A stretch of DNA of 63,417 bases, filler included, from Saprolegnia diclina VS20 (Eukaryota): NCBI RefSeq assembly GCF_000281045.1. It is 7 parts of 4 records of this genome, joined end to end, with 100 filler letters (N's around TTAATTAATTAA, not from the genome) between each part and the next. Parts side by side here need not be neighbours in the genome. Positions count along the whole stretch, not along the records: positions 1 to 27,159 come from NW_008246073.1; 6 more parts are not named here. The stretch is one strand, 5' to 3'. The notes under the pieces are model-generated. The model saw only the letters and a list, made by a program, of their open reading frames with translations, made no database searches and had not been told where the DNA came from. Positions 1-11,138 of this stretch are shown piece by piece. How positions within the stretch are numbered: position 1 is the first letter of the stretch; the number at the start of each line of letters is the position of its first letter. The position numbers and the translations under genes were made by a program.

Positions 1-128
1 ACGCAGCGCTGGCGCGCAAAGACTTGGTTGTGGCAGTGGGGCGTCTTGCAAACGCCGCGGTTACGGTGGAACATGCACTTGACCGAGTTGGGGCGGCTCG
101 GGAGCGCGCAGCCGTCAAAGATACACAT
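1..128 (-). CDS. 5' part of an oomycete Cys/His-repeat (WRKY19-like zinc finger) protein, running off the window edge
   Basis: Not in the ORF track. Reverse complement from ATG at 128 reads MCIFDGCALPSRPNSVKCMFHRNRGVCKTPHCHNQVFARQRCV, matching the C-x4-C...C-x2-H / C-x4-C-x-NQV-x-AR-x2-C repeat pattern of this expanded oomycete family. An Inr-like CTCACTTC lies just upstream. Confidence 0.7.
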   Translation of the reverse strand, partial: MCIFDGCALPSRPNSVKCMFHRNRGVCKTPHCHNQVFARQRC

Positions 129-622
129 CGTCGTTGAAGTGAGTCTATTTAGATATAATTTACACTGAACTGTTTTTGGGGGGGTGGACTTTCGATTCCG
201 GTCGTGAGTTGGGAGTGAGGTCGCGAGCACACCAAGGGTCGACTCGGCAAGCGAAGGCACCACTGAGAAGCTTCCTTGTCTCGCAATGGTATCATCCTCA
301 CCCACTCGCTCACAGAACATCGACGCGTTCTCTAGTACTGTTCTTCATCGGACTTAACATAAAACAGCGTGACGCCGAGAACCCGCGAAGGGTGCCCACG
401 CGACCTACTACGTCGCGGCGTCTTCTTGCAGTGCAGAAATATGCATTTGCCAGAGGACGATAAGACTTAGTCGATACACAAGACACCAGGGAATAATAAA
501 ACAAGGCAAAAAGCTGGATTCATAAATACAAAGATCGACTACTGCGAGAAGTTCATTGGGACAGCGTAGGTCATGGTGGCGCTAAAGCCAGCATCACAGA
601 GTACATTGAGGATATCCCAGTC

Positions 623-722
623 NNNNNNNNNNNNNNNNNNNNNNNNNNNNNNNNNNNNNNNNNNNNNNNNNNNNNNNNNNNNNNNNNNNNNNNNNNNNNN
701 NNNNNNNNNNNNNNNNNNNNNN
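623..722. other. Assembly gap (100 N)
   Basis: Run of N. Confidence 0.99.
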
Positions 723-3258
723 TTTGTCTGGTTGAGAAAATCGAAAAATGACAGCGTGCGTCAGCGGACCTCGAATCGGCGCCTGCACTTTCTACCTGCG
801 ACTGTGGTAGACAAAGTGGGATGAGTTGTTTCGCACCGGCCACGGACACGGGTGCGTGTTGGATGACCACCACCGCTGGAATCGTCGGCATTGCAACTGC
901 GTAGCGCATCCTTGAACGAAGCTCGTGGGTATGTTCTCGGCGACTAACTACAAGAGCTGCCTAGTAGATCGATAGCACAGGTATACCAAGCTGGCGTGGA
1001 CCGCTAAGCCGTCGGAATGCATACCAAATCTAGCCTCAGACACGTCAACGGTGATGCTCCGAGATTGTTTCCAGGACGACCATACGGCAATGTACCCGCC
1101 GTACATTCTGTACGTCCAATTATATTGTATGTAGAACAAACAATGTACTGTACAAGCGTACGTACAGAAGCCATCGACAGATGGTGCGTTTCATCTCGAG
1201 CAGATGGGCCACAGTGCCATCGTGGACCGAGATCACCAAGCCCTTGATGTCCCTTGTTGGCTTGCGTTGGCAGGGTTTTACTGGCGTAGGACAGGAACAG
1301 TGTAGGACATCGGCGACCACCCTGCAGGAAGAAGAACTTGTTGTCGCGACACATGGCGTGTCATGCAACAAAAATCCAAAATCTAGTGCCGTTTGAGGGT
1401 AAATGGCGCGGCGCATCATCGAATTGGGCACTTCCAGGACCAGCGTGTTCCTCTGAATCCAGTGAAAAACACAAGTAATCTATGGGAATGAGAGTATTGC
1501 CCACCAAGCAATTGCCTCTGCAGCGGATTTATAGCCCGTACGAAAGAAGCCGAGACGAAATGTGAAGCCATGCGCGGTCTGACGCGCCGGGAAACCTGAC
1601 GCGCCGTGAAACTGGCAAATGAATCCAACGTGCGATGAAAATTGCTGGTGGACTAGAACTACGACAAGACGCTCGTTTGCTCCTTACGGTGTGCTGCACT
1701 AGTAGTGGAGAGACGACGACAACTCGTTCGGCGTCTCACGCCATCTCTACGAGCCTTACTCTGTGTAAAGCAAGTCCAATAAATCCAGGAGACGACCGAT
1801 CGTGCATCTCAGACCTTTGGTGCTGCGTAGTCGACTCATTGTCAACTAATGTACGATGGTACAACGTTCTGCTTTTACAATACTAGTAGTAGGCTTTATC
1901 TTTCCAGCGGCCACCGAGATGCTAACCGAGTCAACGTCGTCTCGGTCAGTGTGCTATCGACGCAGGTTATTCTGCCCAGGAGCACAATCAAAGTGAGCAC
2001 GAACGTGCCCAGTACGGTGCTCTTATATACCCTTGTTGACAGGTACTAGTGGCACCTACCGTACACGTGGAAGGCGTCTCCACTGCGAAAAGCATGTTCG
2101 CCAGCCAACAGCGGCGAGGCACACGTACAAGACGTCATTTCCACCAAGTTTTCCCAGCTGCAGCTCGCTTCCGGTCCGAGTGTCGTTCTAAGCACTTGCA
2201 CCTTGTGTCGCCCATGTGTCTTTTGTTGTCTGCACGTTTCGTACCGGCCAAAGCCCGTCCTCCGATATTCGTGTGCAATGATCGCCCTTTTGGTCCAGCC
2301 CTGCTTTTAGCCAATGCTGTCTCTACACCAGTCTACAACTCGGTCTGAAAGTGTTTCCGCTGCAACTACGTACATCTCGACGCGCTTTGATCTGGACCCA
2401 CGGCCCGCGTTGGAGTACCAAACCACCCACAAAAATGCGAATGGTCACGACGCTTTCCTTCGCAGCGGCTTGTGCAGGACAGTCTCGACACGCATGAATG
2501 AGAAAGCGAACCGTCGTTGGTTGCTCTTGGCAGAGTCGATCCAATGTTATATACTTCCGAACAGTGTACAAACCACACAGCTTGTCGTGCGAGACGCCAG
2601 TGGGCGAAAAGAGGCAGTCTCGAGGCAGCGCAAGCAAGTATTATACATGTGAGCGCTCGCGCACTCTCTGCCTCACAAGGAAGGTTGCCATCCACACAAT
2701 AGCATCTCGCCGACACTATGGGAAGCACTCGCCATACAAAAAAGAGAGGCGGTTGTTCGACGAACAGGACTCGTAGACTGCCTGAATCCGTTGAACCTCC
2801 TGTTGACGGGACCTGCACTCAGCGCCACACAAGCAGCGCTACGGTCTCGCCTGCTGGTGCCGCAAATGGAGGCAAAGATCTGGGACGCTCCTTATTGCTC
2901 GGTACGAGGCCCGCCACGTCACAAGATCCCACTGTTGGGCCCACATCTCTGCGCGACGATTGGTCCCCTTCTAGATCAAGCCCGCCTCGAGCTTCGAGCC
3001 TCTACCGTCCCTCACTCGTAGCGACGCGAGCTGCGCCAGCAGCAACCGTTTGACGCAGCGTCCACAGAGATGCTTTGTGGCGGACTCATCTTCGCTCACA
3101 GTAATCGTGCTGCTTCCTGCGCGCTGTGGCGGCGGCGAGTCCAGTGGCCTACGCTGCAACGCGGCGTAACCCATGTGGACAACCACGTGGTATATTACTC
3201 ATTGCGTGACATGCGTACTCGGAGTTTATATCGGCGCCTTCGTCCTGCACGGCGCCAG

Positions 3259-3272
3259 TCATTCTTGAATTC
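3259..3272 (+). promoter_or_regulatory. Oomycete Inr+FPR-like core promoter element
   Basis: TCATTCTTGAATTC ~20 nt upstream of the ATG at 3292; resembles the oomycete YCATTYY..(W)TT consensus. Confidence 0.5.
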
Positions 3273-3291
3273 ACTCGGCGCGGCCGCAATC

Positions 3292-3714
3292 ATGGGCCTC
3301 TTCACGGCCTGCTACCGCGAGTCCTCGGCCATCATTGCCCCCGCGCCCCGTGCTCTCAACGAATGTCTCTGTGACGTGGCGACCGCTAAGCTCGAGGCCA
3401 AGCTCGGACGTGCCTCCGCGGTCCTCCCGCCCCCCAGCGTGCCTCGCATCCGGCACAAGTTCATCGAGCCCTCGCGCCGGTCCAGGTCGATCGTCGGTGG
3501 CCGCAAGGTGCCGCTCTTGCCGCATGAAATCTACGACGCCAAGACCGACGCCCTCTACCGCAACGTCCTCTGCGCTGTGCCCGAAGACGACCGCGCGCGC
3601 TGCGACCACTGCGAAGAGGCGCTCCTCTTCAACAAAACCGCGTCGGTCGTCTGGATTGCGCTCACGCTCGTGCGCCGCCCCCGGTCGCTGCCCAACGTCG
3701 AGACCCACCTGTGA
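3292..3714 (+). CDS. Uncharacterised 140-aa protein, paralogue A of a tandem pair
   Basis: Intronless ORF with GC3-rich codons, starting MGLFTACYRESSAII. It aligns along its length with the 4597-5046 ORF (IRHxFxE, VGGRxVP, VLCAVPEDD..RC..CEE, VVWIALT). Confidence 0.8.
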   Translation: MGLFTACYRESSAIIAPAPRALNECLCDVATAKLEAKLGRASAVLPPPSVPRIRHKFIEPSRRSRSIVGGRKVPLLPHEIYDAKTDALYRNVLCAVPEDDRARCDHCEEALLFNKTASVVWIALTLVRRPRSLPNVETHL

Positions 3715-4577
3715 AGCACACACCATATCTTATTTAAATCATTTTCATGTTCACTTCTGTGTTGCTACTTTGTACTGCATGGAGTACAGTGTACAGGTTG
3801 CTGCTCAAAACAATGTGTAATCGGGCCTTGCCTGCTACGAATGTCGAGCACAGTGCACTGCGCTGGGTGGCAAGGTGCTCTACCAAGGTCCCATTCCGGG
3901 ATGGCTCTGGGTCTCGTCATCTGCGCTGGCTGCGGCAAGGGCCGTATTGGCTTGGTACGAACACGATTCATACATGGTTCGGTGAATATACCATTATCCA
4001 TCTATCCAAACGGCCGGATACAACAACTGGATAGTTCGATGGCATAGAATCCTGCGGCCACGGAGCACGGACTTCGTTGCAATAATGTCGACAAACATAC
4101 TCTCCGTCCTGCGATGGAACAGTGCCATCTCCTACGCATGCATAGAACATCATGTACTGTAGAAGAGCCGATGACGCTGTCGTGAAGCTCTTATCGTCGC
4201 CGCTCTACCTCCAGCGCCCACACGTATCCGGACGGCACTGCCAGCACCGTGCCACGTCATCGCTCTGTTTCCACCAATCATGCGTCAAAGATTGTGGAAT
4301 GCATCCAACGTTGGCGTTTGATTGGTGCATCAAATGGGACGTCAACGCTCGCCATGCGCACTGTTGGCAGCCTACGAGTGGCGCCGCTTGGCGCCTCTAG
4401 CCTTGACGCAGGGGCCACGAATATGTATATATATACGCGAGCACTAACATCTTAGACGCTCGAATAGGTCTTTGGCGAGCGCCTGTCTTTCGAGGCGTCG
4501 TTGCACAGTCCGCTAGCACGTCGTAGTAACGCGCGACACCATGGTGAGTAGCGATGGCGCGCTGGCGTTGGCGCGTT

Positions 4578-4593
4578 GCATTTTTGAATTTGC
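4578..4593 (+). promoter_or_regulatory. Oomycete Inr+FPR-like core promoter element
   Basis: GCATTTTTGAATTTGC immediately upstream of ATG 4597; similar to the element before paralogue A. Confidence 0.45.
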
Positions 4594-4596
4594 AGC

Positions 4597-5046
4597 ATGG
4601 GCTTTTTCACGAGCTGCTTCCGCGAGTCGTCGGCGATCATGCCAACGTCGCTCATGCGCGACTGCGTCTGCCGCGGCACCTCGTCGTCCAAGCGGCTCCT
4701 GCGGTCAACCTCGGCGCTCTTCAAGTTTCGCGACGGAAGCAGCGACGAAGTCGATTTGAACATCAAGGCCCAGATCCGCCACCGCTTTGTCGAGTGGCCT
4801 GCCGCACGCACCAACGTGACGGTCGTCGGCGGGCGCCGCGTCCCCTTTACGCCCGAAGACCTCTACCACGCCAAGATGGAATTGCACCAGCGCAGCGTGC
4901 TCTGCGCCGTGCCCGAAGACGACCACGTGCGGTGCGAGTACTGCGAGGAGCCCATTCAATTCACAAAGGCCGCAGCGGTTGTGTGGATCGCACTGACACA
5001 GGTACAGCGCCCGCTGCCGTTGGACGACGAGCGCTGCATGGCATAG
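4597..5046 (+). CDS. Uncharacterised 149-aa protein, paralogue B of a tandem pair
   Basis: MGFFTSCFRESSAIM...VLCAVPEDDHVRCEYCEEPIQFTKAAAVVWIALT; clear homology to 3292-3714. Confidence 0.8.
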   Translation: MGFFTSCFRESSAIMPTSLMRDCVCRGTSSSKRLLRSTSALFKFRDGSSDEVDLNIKAQIRHRFVEWPAARTNVTVVGGRRVPFTPEDLYHAKMELHQRSVLCAVPEDDHVRCEYCEEPIQFTKAAAVVWIALTQVQRPLPLDDERCMA

Positions 5047-5667
5047 CTCCTGCCTCTAATTTATCAACAACCCACTCGCCCCCGTCGCGAGTACTACACA
5101 CACATTGGCCTATTAGGACACCCTTAGGAATGAAATGAATGCAAATAGACTGTCCGCCATGACTTCACTGACTAGAGTTGGCTCACTTTTCTGCACGCTG
5201 GAGAGGCAACACACCTTGTCTGCAATGATGCAAGACACGTTTCGCTCGACCGTGCGTGGATAGGCATTGCGCATCGGCATAACTGCTGTCGCCACAAGGC
5301 AGTCCGTCGCTTCGTTCGCACCATGCAACAGAGCAGGGTCGAGTTCGAACCCCGCAAGTCACATCATATCGTGCGTAAGTGGAGGTGTCGACAGCTGTGG
5401 CGAGAGCCCTTTGTAGCCGTAGGACGCCAAATAAACATCCTCGGCTGCAACACGTGTGACTGCGTCTACAGAGGTTGCCGAATCCAACAGGCGCGGCGAC
5501 CGTAGCTTCCCGCCCCTTGTTACGAGCGAGGGGTGTCCCATGCCTCATGCGGGACAGGATTATCCGATTGGAAACGATAGATAGTTGGATACGAGTTGGA
5601 TCGATACCGGGTAGAGAGGATGCATCGCAAGACCACAAAACAGTCGTCGTTGCAACCATTTTTCAAA

Positions 5668-8600
5668 TTACTGCCGCCAGCGCGGCCGGGCGTCGCCGAC
5701 GAGGTCCAGCACGGTCTGCGCCTTGTCGCGCACATGCCGGTCGTTGGCGCCACAGAGCCGCACGACCGTCTCGGTCGCGCCGTCGCAGTGGGCAAAGACG
5801 CTCTTCTGCGAGTCCAAAACGCACAGATTCGTGAGCCACTGCAGCGCGAGTGCAACGACCGGCGCGTCGATTTCGGTGGCGGCAAGCACCGCAATGCAAA
5901 TGCGGAGGTGGTCGCACGCGCTGGCAAAGGGCGCGTCGTAGCTCAAGCCCGTGAGCGCGCGCACCGCGTGTTCGACGGCGCCCGCGTTCGCCTCGCGCTG
6001 CGGCGCAACCGCGAAGTCCTCGCAGAGCTGAACAAAGAGGTCGATCCATCGCTGCTGTGGGTCGGCGAGGACCGCGGCGCGGTTCTCGGGGTGGTAAAAC
6101 AACACGTTGGCGACAATCGTCAGGACGTGGACGCGGACGCGGCCAGCCGGTTGGGTGGCGTAGACGTAGAGCTTGGGCAAATGCAGCGCGAGCCGCGTTT
6201 GGTTGTCGCGGTGCCAGCTCAGTTGAATAAGCGCCCAGCTCACTTGCAGCGGCAGTTCGTCGTCGTCGAGGCCCACGCGCGACTCGGTCTGGTGCTCACT
6301 GCGGTGGCTTGAAATAGATGGTATCTCGTCGGGTAAAAAGGCCAGGAGAAGCTCGATCGCGTCGTTATCACCGAGCCACGCGCGGAGCGCATCGTCCATC
6401 GCCAAGTGCCCGAGCACCATGACGGCCGCGAGCTGCACCGTGGTGAAGGGCGACCCGCAGAGCTGGAGGCACAGCGTCACGTACGTCTCGGGCGCCTTGG
6501 CGCAGAGCGACCGGAACCCGTTGGCGCAGCTCTCCATGACGTGGACGAGCACGGTGGCAATGTTGCCTTGGATGCAATCGAGCTTGTTGTCTTCGACCGC
6601 GTCGCTCAAGTACGGCGCTTGGGCGAGTTCGAGAAGCTGCAGGATGCCGTCGCTGTGGAGCAAGGCAAAGCCGACGCCTTCGTGGCGCTGGCTCAAGCTC
6701 GCGAGTGCCGCGGTCGCCACGTCCAGCACATCGACGTCGCGCTGCGTTTTGCAGCAGTGCAGTAGCATCGGGAGTGCGTCGAGGCGCAACAAGAGCGATT
6801 GGTTGGTCACGTTGTTGAACGCGAGATTGCCGAGCGAATGCAACGCGTGCATTTGCAAAGTGGGCGACGCCGCGGTTTTGCTCAAGTCCAACAGCGTTTG
6901 GAGGAAACCCGGGGTACGTCCCATGAGGTGGGTGTTGCGCGCGTGGAGGGCTAAAATCGCAATCGATGCCAGTGCGCTCTCGCGAACAGGCGTGGGGTGC
7001 CCCGGGCCACAGAGACCGAGCAAGATGGGGAGCGCGCCGTCCGTGTCGCCGACGGCCAATAGGTTTGTCTCGTTCACGCAGCAGTCGGGGGGCGTCGGGT
7101 GGTGCGGCCAGCGCTTTGCCTCGCGCAACACGTGCAATCGATCGAGGTGCGACTGGTACTTCTCGTGCTCGCGCGGATCTGCACTTACGTTCATCGCTTC
7201 GGAACCCATGTCCATGGACGCGTCAAAGTCGTCGCATTTGGTTTCTTCCAGCACAACGTACGCTTCTTTTGTGAGCACTTGCACCCAGTTGTGCCACACT
7301 ATGACCAATATGGCCACTAGTTTGGTGCGAATAGACAACGTACTCGTCTTGGCTCGCCATCCCACGTAGCGCTGGGACTGGGGCTGGTTCCACGCGATTT
7401 TACCGAGCGACGCGGTCGCGAGCGTGCGCAGATCGGCCGCGACACTCGGTGCCTTGCACAGCGCGACAAGAATCTATGTATCAAGTTGATAATACTCGGC
7501 ACACGGATACGACGGGGGTACGGGAATGACCGACGCGTCCCGCAGGGCGTCGTTGGCGTGGCCGCAGAGGTGTGCAACCCCCTGAAGGAAAAAGCGCACA
7601 AGGTGCTGTGCATTTGCCAGCAGCAGCTGCACGCTCACGCGCTGGTGCCAGATCTCACGCCGCAAATGTCGCTGGTCTTTTCGGTGTTCTTGGACTTTGG
7701 CTTCGAGGTCGCGCTGGTACTTGAGCTACGGACCATGACAGATCCATCATGACAACGTATTCTGACAAACCATGAGATCGTTGCTGGCTTCGATGCACTG
7801 CTTGAGTGACATGTTCCACATTTCCAGTCGGTGGATCTTGCTCAGTTGGTTGACGATGCGCGCTTGCATGTCGTTGATTTCAGCGGCACGGCGTTTCTCG
7901 AGCGCTGCGATGCCAATCAAAAGGTGTTCGTTGAGCACCTACGATGACTCCAGCACCATTGCGAGGACGGCGTCGTACCTTGTGGTCGGACAGTTCGCAC
8001 TTGACGGCCTTGAGCCACTGCATGCGCAGCGTTGCATCCGCGAGCGTCGCCTCCAGCTTGGTTTCCAGTGCCTACTTGCTGGTAGCGCCTAGCCCAAGGC
8101 AACAACGCTGTGCACCTGCCGGGCCGTCGAGTGCTCAGCAACAAGGTCTTCGATCTGCGCCTCATACGCGGCCTTGATCGCGACAATCTCGGCTTCGAGT
8201 CGCTGAATCTCAAGCTTCAAGAGCCGCAGCGTCTCGACGGTCGTCTTGTCGACGACGCGGTCCACCTAGGAATCGACACTCCTCAATTTTGTCTTGAAGA
8301 GACGCCCTACATCCTGCAACATGGCGAGGACCGTAGCCTTCTCGTGCTCGACTTGGCGTTGATGCAGCACCGCCATCGCAAGTTCCGCCTGGAGCTTCTC
8401 GATCGTCTCTTCCAGACCAAAGATGGCCACCGCATGGGCGCTCTGCAGGTCGCGGAGGCGCGCTTCGTAGCGCTGCGCTTGCTGCGTGAGCAGCCACTCG
8501 TCGGCTTCAAGCCAAATGGTGTCGTCGGTGCGCTCGAGTCGTGCAAGGGCACGCCAGCGCGCCTCTCGTTTGTAGTTGAGCGCAATCATCTGCCGCAGCA

Positions 8601-10894
8601 ACACCAATCGCGCAGACGACATGGCAGGCGACGGCGGCAAGCCCGCTTTGGCGAGCATGGCTTGTTCAAGATCGGCCGCGTCGAGCACCTTTCGCTCAGC
8701 CTGTGCGTCGTCCCAGAGACTCTCTGCGTCGCTCTGCAGTAGTGCTTCTTCCTCGAGGCGCATTGTGTGAAAGTGCAGCGCATGCAGTTCGTACGCCATG
8801 AGGTCGACAAGGCCCTTCTCTTCGCGCTCGATTTCGCCGATCGCCGCTTGGATCTTGGCGCAGTAGTAGCTGCACTGGGCGTCCGAGAGGGCCTCGAGTT
8901 TGGCTCTCTCGAGCACGTTCATGGCTTGCAAGGGCACGCGCTTGGCGGCGTCGAGGCGCGTCTGAAGATCGGCCAAGTCGGTTTGCAGCATGTGGAGCCG
9001 CTCTTCCCTACCCCTATTGTGACGTGACAGCATCGACTGGATACGCTACCGCGCCGTGCGGTCCACGAGCGACTTGGTGCGCCACACGAGGTACTCGGTC
9101 TTCTTGGACCAGAGACCCGCGCCGCGCTCGACCTCAGCTGCGACGACCGCCTCGTAAAATCCAAGCGTGTCTCGAATCGAGGGCGTTGGCTGGTGCTTGA
9201 GCTCGTGCGTCCACTCGCGCAGCTTGTGCTCGAGCTCCTGCGCCTCTTGCGCGCGCGTGGCGGCCGTGGCATCCCACTTGGCCATGGCTTCGTCGTACAC
9301 GTCAAAGCGCGACCGGCCGTCCTCGTCCTCTGCCCATGTACAAATCAAGATTTCACCAAGTATCAACTTGATAGATACCAGGCGCGAGCGATGGCTGCGG
9401 TAGCGGTTGCTGCAAAGCTGCGAGCTCGTCACCACCTATGGCGAGGCTCTCTTCCAGCTCTGCCTTTCGCGCCTCGAGGTTGTCAATGCGCTCGGTCGTG
9501 TCGACCACGAGCGCTTCGAGGCGCTCGCGGAAGGCGTCATGCTTCTCCCACAGCGCGTCTTCTCGCAACACAAACGCCTTGATGTCGGACTGAAGCGTCA
9601 GCATGTGCTGGTACGCGGCGTCCGCGACCTTGTGAAACGTGACAACCGGCACGGCACTCTGCGGCGCGCAGAGCCGCGGTCGGTCCGGGTCCACAGGCGC
9701 GATAACTTCGGGCTCGGGCGGCGCTTCAAACTCGACGGCTTTTCCCACCGGTGATTTCGCCGGCGATTTGCGCCCCGTCTTGAGCTCCTTCTCTTTCGCG
9801 AGCTTGGCGTCGGCCTCGGCCTTGGCTGCTGCGAGCTCGCGCTGCTTCTTTGCAATTTTCTTGCGCTCGGCAGCAATGTAAGCTTGGGCCTCGTCGTCAA
9901 TGGCTTTGGCCTCGGTACGAAGGCGGTGCCCCACAACTTTTTGAAGTTGCTGGCTCAGCGTTTCAAGGGCGAGTTGGTCGCCGCGAAGAAGCGCTTCCCG
10001 GCGTGCAATATCGTCTCGCTTGACTTCAAACTGACGCCGAACGTCGAGCGGATCCAGCGCCTCGGCTTCGGCGTCGCTGTCGTTGTCGTCGTCGTTGACG
10101 GGTGCTTGCTCCGTCGCAGCCTTGTCCGCTTCGACAATGTCGTCTCCACTTGTCCCGGGCTCGATCAGCTGCGTTGTGTATCGCGGCGTGACGTCGGTGA
10201 GGAGCGTGAGCACGACACCTTCACGCCACGCCATCTTCTTCTTGTCCCAACCGAGTGGCGGTTCGTACGCCATGATGGCCGGCTTTTCCCAGACGCTTTC
10301 GCCCGTGATGGCGTTGTAAAAGTAGCTGCCATCGACGAGCGACCATTGCTTGGCTTGGGCCATGCGCGATACGATCTCGTTGGCCTCCGTCTGGAGCGCG
10401 AGCTGCATGTGGGCGGCTGCTGCTCGAGCGTTCACTTCGGCGGGCGTTGCCGGCAGATCCTTCATGAACGGACGCAGCACCGTGGGCGGTAACACCACAT
10501 GGGACGGCCATGCATCCGCGATCCACTCCTTCTCGGCCGACCGCACTTCCTTTTCTTTGGCCCACTTGGCCAAGAGCGACTTGTTCTTGAGCTGCGCCTC
10601 GTGCAGCTGCTTCTGGAAAGCCAGTGTCGACGCATGATGCGACTGCTTGATGGACACGGCGTTGGTGCGCAGCGTGGTGATGCGCCGCGCGTACTCGTCC
10701 AGCTTGGCGGTCCATGATCGCTCGGCCGCCACCATTACATCTACCAACTGCTCCAAAGGCGTGCGTGGTGGTGCAACGACGGGAATGTTCTCCACTACTT
10801 CTTCAGAGGCCTCGTTTGGTGCATTGTCGTCGCTGGCGGAAGGCGGTGGCATGGCAGCGTCCGTCGTCGGCGCGTCGAGCGATGTCGGCTCCAT
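5668..10894 (-). CDS. Large multi-exon protein with a WW domain, long coiled-coil and C-terminal armadillo repeats
   Basis: ORF-track pieces (9353-10966, 9046-9435, 8266-9033, 7747-7938, 7474-7665, 5668-7365) join in frame through short GT-AG introns, e.g. 9378-9330 and 9049-9014. WW motif WSLVDGSYFYNAITGESVWEKP; ARM-like motifs ALHSLGNLAFNN, AAVMVLGHLA, AVRALTGLS. The start codon is approximate. Confidence 0.75.
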
Positions 10895-11138
10895 CGGCGC
10901 GGTTGACGACCGTTCAAGATTCGTAATTACCCAATCAAACGACGCCCCAAGTTGTCCGGATGCCAATTGAAAGATACGCTACCTGCACCCTTTCCTTGAA
11001 AAAGTGCTCAAGACACAACTGACAACATTGTACAATCTTGTTTCTTGCATTCCTGTATTACACAAGACGTCTTTTGTAGTGGTATAATATATGATTGCCT
11101 ACGCGAGTATCCTCTGAAACTCCGTCCCTAGTCTTGTT

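Noticed and set aside
130..3200. Many short ORFs in the first 3 kb (and likewise 27260-28900 and 30000-32200)
   Set aside because: No codon bias, motifs or consistent splice structure; treated as intergenic or decayed sequence.
5335..5365. GAGTTCGAACCCCGC, a tRNA T-arm/B-box-like motif (also TTCGATTCCGG near 191)
   Set aside because: No A box, D arm, anticodon stem or acceptor-stem pairing found; no tRNA called.
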